Of a stretch of 64,000 nt of DNA, positions 1 through 13,179 are shown piece by piece (position 1 is the first letter of the stretch; each line of letters opens with the position of its first letter). The DNA comes from Bigelowiella natans CCMP2755 (taxonomy: Eukaryota > Protista > Cercozoa): the NCBI GenBank assembly GCA_000320545.1, contig ADNK01000772.1, positions 89,488 to 153,487 of the forward strand, in the 5' to 3' direction. Position numbers and translations under genes: made by a program. The notes under the pieces are model-generated. The model was not told the DNA's origin. It searched no databases and saw nothing but the letters and a program-made list of their open reading frames with translations.

Positions 1-121
1 CTGCTCCCAATTTCCTTCCCCTCCTCCTCCTCCTCCTCCTCATTATCTTTCCTTCTTTTCGTATTTCCTCTCTGTTTCAACCACCACCACCACTATCCCT
101 ACTATTACCAGCATCACCATC

Positions 122-152
<31 letters not shown>

Positions 153-161
153 CGACAAAAG

Positions 162-838
162 GTGCTGGAAAGTCATCTTTGATGGCGATGATGTTCCGCC
201 TCGTTGAGCCAGAGGGGGGACAATGCCTTATCGACGGTATCGATATCCGCCAAGTTCCCCTGCACCAGCTGAGAAGGAACATAGGCGTCATCCCCCAGGT
301 AGGCTACCACGATGGCGGGGGCTGTTATTTGGTGCTGGTGTCTTCTTTCTACTGCTTACTCATAAAGCCCATATGATGCTGTGCATGCATCATCTTTCCT
401 CGTCCTCCGAAGCACAACAAATAGTAATATCGATGCAGGATCCGACCATCTTCGGCGCGGCAATTCGCGCGAATCTGGATCCGTATAACGCGTACAGCGA
501 TGGGGAAATCTGGAGCGCTTTGGCTGTGGTATGTGAGCAGAGATCAGGATTCTTTTCGGAAAGGCCATTTGTTCTTAGCTATTTTATTTATTCGAACCCT
601 ATGGAAGGGGGGGGGGGCTGTTCTATCTCTTATTGCCCAATCTTTCCTCACACGTAACCCACTGAAACAAAAGGTCCATATGGAAAAATACGTGCGGAAG
701 ATCGGTGGACTGAACCACGAGCTGGAATCAGGAGGGCGGGGGCTGTCTGTCGGGGAAAAGCAACTCCTATGCGTTGCAAGAGCCCTGGTATTTAGAAATA
801 TATTTCAGAATAATATGGATAATTACTTTTCATGTGTA

Positions 839-910
<72 letters not shown>

Positions 911-1599
911 CAGCATTTATTGATGCTTTCATCACATTATAATATTATTATTTTTTAATGTTATAATATATAGCTAAAGAGGCCGAAAGTACTGATATTG
1001 GACGAAGCGACCGCTTCCATCGACTACAAAACCGATAAACTAATTCAGCAGACAATTACAAAGCACTTTCATGGGGTATGCAGTTATTTTTATAACATTC
1101 CTTGCATGCCTTGTTCGATCCTCCGCTTTCCCAAAAGAATCAACAGTAAATCATACATCGATGAATTTGCCGCGATGTGGCTCTATTTTCTATCGGTATT
1201 TTCTATCTATATTTTCTATCGATGTTTTCATGTTCCGTGAACTTTCGCGAGGTTAGAAGCATAAAATATACGAAGGTGACGGTGCTAACGATAGCGCACA
1301 GAATCGACACAATCCGCAAGTATGACAAGATCCTGGTGTTAGAAAAGGGAGAAATCGTTGAGTTTGGGCCCCCCGATGAGGTTATAATATCAATGTGTGT
1401 GAATAGCAATACGTAGAATTAGAAAAATATCTGGAATTTATATGAGTTGCCATCATTGTTCACACCTACATGGATATTATTGAATCGCATCGACATCCTT
1501 TCTTAAGTAAATGTACTTTGTACGTAGTTGGTGCGAAAGGGAGGAATGTTCGCCTCATTAGTTGCGGAATCTGAAAGAGAAGAGGGAGGGAAAAGTTAG
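162..1599 (+). CDS. ABCC/MRP-family ABC transporter, 3' part (NBD2), spliced; gene begins left of window
   Basis: GT-AG exons join to give GAGKSSL (Walker A), IDGIDI...LRRNIGVIPQ|DPTIF, LSVGEKQLLCVARAL (signature), ILDEATASID (Walker B), TVLTIAHRI and last exon LVRKGGMFASLVAESE..., with stop TAG at 1597-1599. Confidence 0.9.
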
Positions 1600-2062
1600 A
1601 ACAGCATCGTATTATAAACAGTTATGCGACGTAATGTATCACTCACCTGCTAGCCTGTGCAATGTACGCATTCCATACATCCATCTTGCACATTATGCGC
1701 AGCCTTGCACGAATTTACACACTGTGAAGCTGGGTTCAGCATGCGTAGCATTCATCAATGAAATGTTAACACGTAGTTTTCTTGGAGCCCGTGTTGTACG
1801 CATGATCTAGCTAGGTCATGCAGGAGCGTATGCGAAGTGTTTCACGATGCGTAGAAGCAATGCGCGCATGAAGTTTCATTGCATTAGATGTCCCACATAG
1901 CTAGATAGTACTGCCGCCTACATACATGCATGGATGGATGCATGAGTATGAGCATGCTTGCGCATGCAGATGCATGCGAAGTTACAAATTGTAGTTCCTG
2001 TTTGCATGGTCATTTTTCAACACGTTATGAATCTCAAAATATCGTGGAAGAAAGTTTAATTG

Positions 2063-4803
2063 CTAAGTTTGAAAACTAATCTTTGGGTCTCTCTGGCTGT
2101 CCTTTTCATAATTAGATATTGACGCCGCATCAGAAACGTTTTGAACTTCGACACTTTTTCCACGTGTCGCTAAAATAAGGCGATAGAGTTGTTTTCGAGT
2201 TGTTTGTTCTTCCCTTTGTAGACTCGCATAGTTTTGAGCTTGCTCTATTTTAGAGCCTATTACAATAGCACCGATGAATACTGAGAATCTAAACAATGGG
2301 CTCCGAATATCTTCGGCTGGTGCTCGTCCCATGATGGGCCCAACGGTGATCAAAAACATTGGAACGGTTTGCAGAATTAGAAGAGCTGTATTGATGTAAA
2401 CGTAGGTGCGTTCTCGACGATTCCTGTAAGAACAGTATCATGTCAGCAACTCAGAATATGGGTGAAATTTATTTCTAGCATTACGTTCGAATGGATTCTA
2501 TGTAAGTCTGATATTGTTTTCCAGGAAGGCGTCCAAGTTCATATTGCAGACGCTTCGAGTCTTCCTGTGGGGCATAAATCTGGAGTTTACTTTCATCTTC
2601 ATCTAAAGCCCCACTTTGAAGGAGCTCGCCAGCTGTATGTTTTGTATTTTTGAGGAGCTTCCCAAATACTCCTTTCCACTCCGGGTTTTCTTTTAATTCC
2701 ATTTCGGGATTAGTCTGAATTTTAGCACCGAGACTCATCGAAAGAAATTGGACAGCACAACCTTTTCCTTCAAGTTGTTTGTGTTAATAAGCAAATACCA
2801 TATGAAAGGCAGCTAACAAATGCTTCCACTTTTCTTTCCTAAAAGTTTTCACAAATCGCACAAGGTAGCGCATTTTCTCTTCCTCGCTTTCGCTTGCCTT
2901 TAGAAACGACTTGTGAGAAGGGAAGGATGTGTTCAGAGAAATGCTACAGTTTGCTTACATGAGAGTGTAGCCTAACAAGAATCCATACAAATCCGATTGT
3001 TGCAAGGAATATAGAAACTCCTCCAATCGAAAGGAAGATTATGACCGGCAGTTCGAATTCATCCAACTCTGGTCTCGGCTGAATGATTCTCGTAAAGGTT
3101 GCTATGTCTGTGGAATAGTTTATCCAGCTTCCCACAACAGTTACTAGAATTTTTAGAACATCCTGCATGTATAGTTCTTTTAGTTCTTAATGAAACACAT
3201 GTCACGGGAGCTTACCTGAAGAACGATTCCGGTTGATTTGGTTGTGAGGTCGAGTTTCCACAAGAAATATAGGAAGATCAGAAGTGAGACAGCGCAACCG
3301 CAACCGATTATTATTATAGTAACATCGAAAACAGATGCTGGAAACGTGCAATTTTGCAATGAAACTGAGCCCTCCTCTGATTCAGACTCCACGGGGCATT
3401 CTTCAACAGACAAGCCATCCTCACAAAAGAAATTAGATGGACACACAGTACATTCTGTACTTCCGGGTACATTAGAGAAGGTTCCAGGAGGGCATCTGAT
3501 TTGCACGACCGACGTAGGGCACCTAGAAAAACATGTGTAGCATTCAGCTCACCCGAAATCAAATTAGAAATCTTTACATGAATCCTGGTGGGCATTGGCC
3601 AGGAGTCGACGAATTCGAAGGGCAAAATTGTCCCGGATCATCACAACCGAACATCTACATAGAACCAAGTGAAATTATGGCAACTTTATTTTCGTTGTTG
3701 TTCACAACGTCGATGAGATGATTCCATTTTGAGGTACTGTGACTTAAATTGGTGCCTTTATCCGTCACTTACTTTTGTACTTTACTTTATTTTTATTTTG
3801 CATGCATAAAACAACAAACCAAAGTTGGTGATGGGCAGTAAGAGCCAGCAGGGCACGCAATGGGGCGGAGATTGCCTTCGGGACAAAAATCTCCGAGATT
3901 GCATTCCAGCCTTCGACTAGGCGTTTCACAATAAAAGCCTAAAAAAAAAGCACCGTGGTGTCTTAATCATCATCGGCTGAAATAAAGAACAATACTTTGC
4001 AACAAGAGTTAATATAACAATGTCTTCGATCACCTGCTGGACAAAGCGAACGACTTGTGGACCCACTAGGGCAGTAATCTCCAGGATCGCAAGGAAACCG
4101 CATTGTAGAAGTTGGACAGAAAGAACCTTGTGGGCAGAGTCTGCGTTCTGTGCTTCCTAAAATGCGGAGGAGAACTTCGATTCAATTATGTAACATATCA
4201 GAACTTTCACATTCACCTGGAGGACAGAATTCAGCGGTTGAGCATGGAACCAGCAGCGGAAATGTTTCATCCGCTGGGCAGAAGAAGCCCCCAGGGCATG
4301 TGAAGGGCTCTTGTAAATCAGTTTCATTGCAGAGCTGCCCCGGGTTACAAAGTTCGCAATCATCACCCACGCCGCCGTAGAATCCGATTGGGCACACGCA
4401 ATCCTCCACAACGATCGCATTTTGAATCAATGTGATTCGTTCGTTCCTACAACACTATGTCATGGTGATGAGTGACAATGAGCGAAAAGTTCATACCTGC
4501 AAGGAATCCTTTCAACACCGTCGCAGTAAGCATTAAATCCACATGGAGAGATGCAGTTCTGCTTTGTCAAAGTTTGCACGGCACACTGTGAAGAGATCAC
4601 TTGCACATCACATGCATGCTTTTGATGAATAATTTGTTCAAATGAAATGCAACTGAATTTCGCATCAACTGTTTGCCAAACCACCAGACCGTTGCATTGT
4701 TTGTGTCGATGAACTGTCCAGGGGGGCAATCCTGGGCGCTTGCAATGGCAAGTAGCGCGGCAACCCAGGTCATGCGATTCGGAGCAGCAGCAGCCATCAT
4801 CAT
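2063..4803 (-). CDS. Receptor-like membrane protein with signal peptide, Cys-rich (GCC2/GCC3, ephrin-receptor-like) repeats and several TM segments; multi-exon
   Basis: MMMAAAAPNRMTWVAALLAIASA signal peptide; repeated CPPG/CPxGxFC/CPxG motifs (4182-4430, 3180-3506); hydrophobic helices at ~3270-3330, ~2970-3050 and ~2250-2400. Confidence 0.7.
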
Positions 4804-5094
4804 TTTTTGTTTTGGAGAAACGAAGGTTTTTGCGCTGTGCGACCACGCATTTCCATTGTCTCACAAGTCGATTTCCAGTGACAAAAAATCTGAGCAAGAC
4901 GTGTGGTTCAACGCAAGCGCCTGCGTCCGAGCGCCGTGGCTGACGGATGCGCACAGGATCCTTCACTTTCCTTCGCGGTTCTTGTTGTTTGAGGAGGATG
5001 AGTCAGCACTTTGATGATCCTTTCATTTGTGTGCACCATTGGAGCTCGATCACACACACTTCGTGTCAATTGAGCGCATGGCTCTTGTTGAACA

Positions 5095-5495
5095 ACGTGG
5101 CGTTGCCAGAGTGCACGACGAGCAAAAGGCGATGCCACTTTGTTTTCTTTTGAACAACAATGTTTGTTGTGTTTTTGTCAAGCTGCACGTTGAACACTTC
5201 ATCGTCACACTTGCTGTTCGCGGCACACTCCTCACTTGCCGTGCTAGCGTGGCACAGGGCGTGCACCAAGTGCAACACACTCCGGTGCGTTGCCACGGGT
5301 CCACCGTGACCCACATTGCGACATGGCCATTTTGCAATTGCGATGACCCCATCGTTGTCGCACATGACTTGCGGCCGCACAGTGCTTCATCTGCGCGCTG
5401 CACTCCCCCCAAGTCAGGCACCTCCGCCAGTCGGAGACTCTTTGTCGCTTCCGGAACTCAACCAGCCACCATGTGGTTGGTTCCTCTCCAACCTC
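5095..5495 (-). mobile_element. Decayed relic (LTR + PPT + last codons of pol) of the Ty3/Gypsy family present at 59770-64000
   Basis: Colinear matches: 5341 cgatgaccccatcgttgtcgcacatgacttg ~ 60015 cgacaacccctttgttgtcgcacgtgacttg; 5393 gcgcgctgcactcccccc ~ 60061 acgcgctacacctccccc; 5446 tcgcttccggaactcaaccagccacc ~ 60125 tcgctttcggaacttcaccaaccacc. Confidence 0.85.
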
Positions 5496-5730
5496 TGCAG
5501 CACATTTTTTTCATGCTGACCTGCATTGTGCAAAAGCTAGTGCGTCACTGCCTCTAGTCCCAATCGATCATGTCTGCATCCGCCGCAGCTGCATGTGCAC
5601 ACTGTTGATTTGCATGATGATTGCTGATTGCATGTAGCTTTTACATGCATGTCTACACAGATACAACACACACAGCATTGTGCCAGTGCCTGTGTGTCTG
5701 TGTGCGTGTATGTGCATGTCTATTCCGTAA

Positions 5731-7028
5731 TCATGTTCTACCATTACGTCTATACCCAGCTGCAGCTTTTCGCAGTGAAATCTCAGCGATCTCTGGCGTC
5801 ATATCTCCTCGTGCTATTCTACGACGTAATCTCGAAAAGGTTCTCAATGACCATAGTAACTCACGAACCTCTCCAAAATACGCGGAGTCGCTGGAGTTGC
5901 CTTTGCAGCGATCCAGAATGCCCTTCTCGAGCCCAAGCGTCGCAGCTCTTACACAACATCTATATTTGTATTCAAATTGTTTGTAAGTGGCATCACTCAT
6001 TTGCTGCAAAGCATTATTTTTGCTCTTTGATGTGGCTTGTTCCTGCAGTGTATGTGCATCGCAACTGCTTTTAGGCATTGTGATCGGTGCCGGAGCCGAT
6101 GGCAACGGGCCTGCCTCTCTCTTCTCTCCCAGTGTTCGGCCTGGGGCATCAATTTTACCTATAGGATCATGCGATAGAGGCAAAAAATGGTCGAAGGAAG
6201 TGGAAGTCTCATTTTTCTTCGTTTGGCCCCCTGTTTCCTGTTTTTCTCGAAGTTCCGCAAGCTCACATCCACTAGTATCTCCTTTCGTTTTGCAGCCACT
6301 GCTACTGCTGCTCCCACATGAGGAATCATTTGGACTTTTAAGCATCACATCCGATTTTACTCGATTTTTGAGTTGTGGGACTCCATTTGGCACCAGGGCG
6401 CGGCATATGATAACGAGTGCTCTGTCGCGCCGCGAATCTCCAACATCAAACTCAAAACTTGCAGCCTCTTTCTTTGCTTTATGATCTTGCCGCACTTTGT
6501 TGCAGCGATACACCTCTCTCCATTTATGCACAAGCTTCTTACATCGGTTGTGAATTTCCACATTCTCACGCAGTCGTTTCTTAATTCCGTTTACTATGGC
6601 CCCAATCTGTAAGATCCAAACAGTTTTTGGTTAGATTCGTTTGAACTGCGAAGGCATGCTTGCAATTTTGTGTCGTTCTATTGGACTTACTTTGGTTTGG
6701 AGCAGAATTTCCACAGATATGTGAAGTTTATCGAGAGACTTGAGAGCCTCTAATAGGTTGGGGATTTTCGTTCTTTCGTCTTTAAGCTGATCGATGAGCA
6801 TCTGCACTTTCTTAAGAGAGGTTACCTTCTTCAGATCCCCTGTTGATATCGTGCATTATGCATGTGAGTGACGCCTCAAAGAGCGATCTCCTTGATGCTG
6901 ATAATCGTTGCCACCTACAGCTAAGAAAGAACAAGAACACCTATCGTGGCCTGCTTGAACCTCTTCAGAGGCTTTTCCTCCCGTTTGGGCTTTGGAGGCC
7001 GCTTGGTTTTGATTACGAAGCGGTCCAT
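5731..7028 (-). CDS. TCEANC2: TFIIS N-terminal and central domain protein (TCEANC2-like), 3 exons, no C-terminal Zn ribbon
   Basis: Spliced MDRFVIKTKRPPKPK...FKQATI|GDLKKV...LLEALKSLDKLHISVEILLQTK|IGAIVNGIKK...CKKLVHKWR (TFIIS-N/LW) and ...LEKGILDRC...YFGEVRELLWSLR...RIARG (TFIIS-M). The MD(K/R)FVI...KQATI start is characteristic of TCEANC2. Confidence 0.8.
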
Positions 7029-7334
7029 CAACGAATGATTGGGGAATGCTGTGGCATCCCTGTACAATTCAGGCTATGATACGCGAGGTCCATTCTGCAC
7101 TGCATCATCACGGGACAGACATTTCTCTCACAAAGAGTAGTGAGCGGGAACGGGCTTTGAGGTTCGTTCGGCAATTCTGCGGTATTGCCCAATTTTAGCA
7201 TGTAAAATTGCATAAATTCCAAGGTTTCATGATACTACGACAAAAAATACTTACTTTGCCATATTGATGATCAGAAACCTAAATTCAATACCTTGCAAGT
7301 ATTTCAGATTTTCACCTTATGCTACAATCTCACC

Positions 7335-7406
7335 AGCGGCGTGGCGCAGCGGAAGCGCGTGAGGCTCATAACCTCGAGGTCCCTTGATCGAAACAAGGCG
7401 CCGCTA
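7335..7406 (+). tRNA. Initiator tRNA-Met (CAT)
   Basis: AGCGGCG/CGCCGCT acceptor stem with A1:T72, D arm GCGC-AGCGGAA-GCGC, anticodon loop CTCATAA, eukaryotic initiator T-loop ATCGAAA, downstream TTTATTTTT Pol III terminator. Confidence 0.95.
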
Positions 7407-7689
7407 GTTTATTTTTGCATGATTTTTGCTTGAAATTTCAGTGTAAATTAACACAGCGACAAATAAAGAAGAATGTTTCATAGAAGATGTCGCAGCTGCA
7501 GTTTTCATGCGTTTACATGTACATGTACATGTATTGAGAATTCGAATCGCAAATTACAAATGGAATGTTCAAAATAGCATTCTTGATGTTCATAGTCTTC
7601 CATATGTTTTTGAAGCAACGACTCGAGAAAAAAATTGTCGCAGGATGGTAATTAGCCAACACTACCTTTTTTAAAGCATTGTCTAACTC

Positions 7690-9404
7690 ATGGCGTCCGG
7701 TGATGTGACATCGCGAGTAGTGGAGGAGTTGAAGCGCTTCAGGGACTGGAAGCAGAACTTGTGGGACTAATAAAAATGATTCGCCGAAGAAGAAACTTTT
7801 TATAAACTGAATTTAAGTTGTCTTGGTCGCCGCTGCACTAAACACAGAATATGTTTTTGATATAATGTTCATTTCCACTTTTGTTATTCCATGTATTGGA
7901 CACTTAGGATACAAGAGATAGACTTATCAAGAGTTGGGAACGATGCATCATCACCATCTTCTTCTTCTTCTTCTTCTTCTTCTTCATCATCATTATTGTC
8001 TCAAGAGTATGCTGCTCGACTTCCGGGATGGCTTCCGGGACGTGCTCGGAGATTCGTTAACAATACAACGTCTTTTGCGCGCAAGATCTACGACTTCTCG
8101 TTGATTCCCTCCACCCCAGAGGATGAGAAGGAGAAAATAGTTGGAGTGCATCAGGGCGGCGAAGTAGAAGTCTCGAAAGTCATGAGGGTACACCCCCCCC
8201 CCACTCTCTCTCTCTCTCTCTCTCTCTCACTCACTCACTCCTCACACACACGTGCACAATATAGGTGAATCAACTCGATGCACAAACGTTGGATGACGAC
8301 CTCCACCAGCTTCTCTGGTACTTCAGAAGTGTTGGCAGCGTATATCTTCCCATATATTCTTGCTCTATATTTTCCATTGTTTTTGAAACACACTGACAAC
8401 ACACTCTAGGGTCGGTCTCGAGAGAATAGCGCGGCATGGAGGGCAAGGTATCTATTATGCTGTGAACGAGATACATTGACACAAAGTGTAACGACCAATC
8501 GTGAATTTTTAAAAAATAATAACAATGATAATAATGATGAATGATAATTAGGCCTGCTCCTGCAATGGAGGGCGGAGGCTAAGGCGTTGCTGAAATTCAC
8601 TATCTTCTGGTTGCTATCCTAATTCCAATTTGTTTATTGTGGTATACGATAACTGAGTAATGGGCGCGGAAGGTGGTCTGATTGAGTGAGAGTGTGGTGA
8701 TGGCTACTAAGTACCTATTATGTGTCTCCTCTCCTCCTCCTCCTCCTTCTCAACGCCATCATTCACGATGTCATAGCCATGTTGCTGCTTATTTATCACG
8801 TTATATATATTTTCCTTATACATGTACTGTTCTCCAGGAACACGATTTGGGCACAAAAGTCAACCCCGGGGATGGAGCTGCAGAACTTGATCCTCACAGG
8901 ACTCGGAAAGAGGGTACGTACTTTGTTGCAAGCATGAGTATGTTGTATACCATGCTGCACTGTTCGACAGAAGCGATCATAGATAGATAGCTCTGCGACT
9001 TTTTTCTGATTTGGTCTTTTCCGAAGTCAAGGTCCTTGGTTTGAATGTGGTTTGTTTTTCAAACGCGGTTGATTGGTTTTGCGTCGATGACGATTCAACG
9101 GCTGCATACACACTGATAGAGGCCAAGGTTTGTTCCTGGGGCCCCACGACTGCGTCTACTGACTTACCGGCAGCGCGTTTTGTACGGCGTTCTCACCATC
9201 TTCGCACCGTGGCTGTTGACTAGATCCAAAGACTATATGTCCGATCGGTACGTGACACACTAGAGCTGTTTTAATACACACACATATTATATTATATACT
9301 TACCTGCATCTCATTTATGGGAGGAAATGGTTTCGAGAGGGGAAGCTCTCATGAAAAAAGAGACAACAAATAAGATAAACAATTTTAGAATGTTGCCGAT
9401 GTTT

Positions 9405-9448
<44 letters not shown>

Positions 9449-9627
9449 TCCTCTGCTCCTCCTCCTCCTCCTCCTCCTCCTCCTCCTCCTCTCCTTGACT
9501 TTCCGGCTCTTTTTCCATCTCTTAGGCAATGGATAGGGTTTCAGCGAGGGTCAATTAGGAGGGTGATCTACGAATTGGTAAATGCGTTGGAGCTGGCATG
9601 GGACGCTGCCTCGGTCTGTAACAACTC

Positions 9628-9668
<41 letters not shown>

Positions 9669-9967
9669 ACCACCACCACCACTGTCATTAAGCTAGTAAG
9701 AGAGATCAGCATCGTAGGTAACAATGGTGATGTTCGACGAAGTAGTAGTAGTAGTAGTAGTACTAGTAGTAGTAGTTATAGTGTAATGCGGAACGAGGAG
9801 GAGAAGAAGATGGCTGGAGAGTGAAGAGTGTTCTTCAGTGCCCATGCTTTGCTGTATCAACATTCATCTCTTTGTGCATTAATCCGTTTATGTTTGTCCC
9901 CGCTCTCCCTCCTTTTACTCTAATCAGATTGTGCATATCTTGGTCTTCTTAGCTGGCGGTGCGTAGC

Positions 9968-10002
<35 letters not shown>

Positions 10003-10246
10003 AACGAGGAGGATGATGATGAGGAGAAGGAGGAGGAGGAGGGGATGATCATAGCAACGAAAGTGACTTTACTTTGTACTACAATGTGCACTATCGTTGA
10101 GTGCGTAGTAGCCCTTGCCGCATAAGATACAACTTTAGGACCGAACAAAATGAAAGATGATGTTAATTATAATAATTTGTGCTGCAGGAACCTACCGCAA
10201 TCTCGTTGAAAGACTGTTGCGAATAAGGTCATGGAGAACACGCCTT

Positions 10247-10301
<55 letters not shown>

Positions 10302-10989
10302 ATACTAGATAAAAGCGACGAGAAAGAGGAAAGAATTCTTTCTATCTGACTTCAAACGCAGACCGTTTTTGTCATCATTCCGCAATGTAGATTTCGGAAT
10401 AATCATCCATTTTTTAGATCGCACCAGCATAGTTTGATTCTTCCTACGTCGTTTTGAGCAGTTAGTTGACCTTCCTCTTCTCTTCTCAAGGAAATACAAC
10501 TAAGCACACATCATCGTTTGGCATGCTTCATCACCACAGGGTTGGATATGTGAATCCGCGTGCACATCGTGCTCTTAGCTTCGAGTTTATGAACCAGGTA
10601 GCGTTGTTCTCTCCGTTTGTACTACTACTACTACTACTACTACTACTACATCTACACATGAGCGGTGCAGTGATTACTCTTCCTCGAAATTCTTCCCTAT
10701 CTTTGCTAAGTTTAGTTTGGGACATTTTGTTATTGAAAATGTTACTAACCATTTGTTGTTGTTGTTCTTTTGCTTCTTCTTCTTCTTCTTCTTCTTCTTC
10801 TTCTTCTTCTCTGTTGTTTTTACTGTCTGTCAATAATCATCATCATCGTCGGGATGAATGTAACTACGTAATGATGATGACGATGATGACGATAATGACG
10901 ACGATGATTATGACAATGACGATGGGCTGCAGTATCTAGTCTGGAGGACCGTTGCTCGATTTCTTTTGTTCGCCATACCCCTGGTGGTT

Positions 10990-11056
<67 letters not shown>

Positions 11057-11609
11057 GCACGCACCAAGGAGGAGGGGGCGAAGGATGAAAACGAAGAAGA
11101 ATAAGGGCATTTATTCTACGTAGTATTCGTTTATATCACTGTTTGCCTAGCCTCGCCTTATCGACTCCATCTGATCCTAATCGCTTCAGGTTGACTTTGG
11201 TTTAGTGTTCCGCAGCATTGTATCCATGGTGGGTTGGAAGAAGGGATGGTGGAAGAAGGGGGGGCCACAGGACGAGGGTGAGGACGATGACGACGCTGTG
11301 AAGGGCAGGGGGAAGTGTGCGTTATGCGGCTTATCTCCCATTGTAGTTCCTATGAGGGCGACACCCTGCACGCACGTCTTCTGCTACACGTGCCTTAGGT
11401 AGTAGTTGTAGTAGTAATGAGAAGAAGAAGAAGGAAGAAGAAGCAGAAGCAGAAAAAGCAATTTTCTTATTTCTTCTTCATTACTTGTTTGAGTTTTGGT
11501 TAACAAAGTCTTCCTTCTCTGTGGCTCCATCAGGTCTCTACGCATGGAATCGCCCAATCCTGTTTGCCCAAGGTGCTGCAAATCCACTCTCCCTCGCCCT
11601 TCAAAAATG

Positions 11610-11650
<41 letters not shown>

Positions 11651-11744
11651 CACTGACAATTATTTTGCCGTCAGGTGCTCTAAGAAGATAGTAGGGGAAC
11701 AGCGGGTGATATATCATGTGCCAAACGAATCGAAACGAAAATAG
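7690..11744 (+). CDS. PEX2: Peroxin-2 (RING peroxisomal E3 ligase), multi-exon; start codon uncertain
   Basis: Exons give VMR|VNQLDAQTLDDDL, STPGMELQNL, GTYRNLVERLLRIR, RALSFEFMNQ|YLVW, and C-terminal RING CALCG...PCTHVFCYTCLR...CPRC. Confidence 0.88.
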
Positions 11745-11980
11745 GAAGATGAGATGATTAACAAGCGCAATGAGGCATGAACGATTGATACGATCTGCAA
11801 TCGAGAACAAACTGGCATACATTTACGTTGTTACTAGATGTGCAGCGTAGCACGCCATGGTATTATTAGAGAAAAATTCTCATCTGTCTAGTTATCATGC
11901 CATGTGCTGTACATGGATGTAGGTAGCATGGCATGTAGCATGTGCTGTGCTTCGCCAAGTTCCTATGGCACACACTCGGT

Positions 11981-12035
11981 CATCACCAGGTGACTATTGA
12001 AAATACTTAATCACATCATATTGCACCCGTCTCAT
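11981..12035 (+). repeat. Degenerate copy of ~62-bp dispersed repeat
   Basis: catcaccaggtgactattgaaaatacttaatcacatcatattgcacccgtctcat, similar to 46420-46480. Confidence 0.5.
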
Positions 12036-12058
12036 GCTCAGCACCAGCGCGCAATGCG

Positions 12059-12097
<39 letters not shown>

Positions 12098-12459
12098 ATG
12101 CTGCATCAACGGTCACGTACGTACATCCACGCAATGTCAATTGTGAAGCATCGATCCACTCCGCATCACATAATTGCACGCCAAGCAACACATGAACGCG
12201 GAGTGCATCGTACGTACGCCAAGCTAGCAAGTACGGAATATGATATGTGCACTGCCACGGCCTAGCAGCGATGCGACACGCATTTTTGTAGCTGCATGGC
12301 GCATGCAAACGATTATTCAGAAGTTGCAATGAGGCGTTGCTTCGACTGTCAGTCTTTCTCTGAAGACACATACACTTCTCTCTCGGACAGGACTAGAGGG
12401 CAATGACACGCTATTATCGCTACAACAAGTCTTGTGAGGCAAAAAGCCCCTCGTACTCC

Positions 12460-12514
12460 TCATTCTCGGACTTCTAAAATGGACTCTCCCCACGTCTGAA
12501 TACGACACCCAATA

Positions 12515-12558
<44 letters not shown>

Positions 12559-13135
12559 TGCATTGGTAAAGATTAGTGGTATCAGCATTCACATTGGAAT
12601 ATGTATTAGTTATATTAGTACCTAATGCATTCACATGCATGCTTGACATCGTAACAGAAACAAACAAGTACAATTTAAGCGCTGTAGCCGCGGCTTTGCA
12701 CAGCTACATTAGGATGAGAATTGAGAGCAAATTCAACTTCTTCGTTACATCCGTCTCCTATTAGTACTACGTACCTGTGCGACTGCAGAACACCGAAGCT
12801 TCGTCAGAGAGTAGAGGTGAAAGAGAGTGAACATTGTTCCTAGTCCGAGTGCAAGTCGGGCAGTTTGGAAGTCCGACTTGAAATGAATTGCAACAATGTG
12901 GGTATTTAATTGCACAACTAATATAACACACACGCACACACGCACACGCACACACACTCACGCGCACGCACAACATGTATGTGCAATGTAAATTTAATTG
13001 CGATATGGACTTTATATATTTTCTTTGTTTCTTCTCCCGAAGGTTTGTCGACCTGGAGGCCCATAAAAGACACTGCTAACATCACCAGGCGATACCTAGG
13101 TTGTTCCACGTATATTATCGATGTTTTAACAAGTA

Positions 13136-13179
<44 letters not shown>

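Noticed and set aside
4460-5557. Stack of overlapping ORFs on both strands
   Set aside because: TpA loss removes TAA/TAG stops and inflates ORF length; translations are Cys/His-rich and Tyr-poor. Only the signal-peptide exon of the receptor gene is credible.
4641-5630. Classical RIP or 5mC deamination as the cause of the skew
   Set aside because: RIP creates TpA and 5mC decay removes CpG. Here TpA is lost, CpG persists, and the intact element carries TA at the homologous sites.
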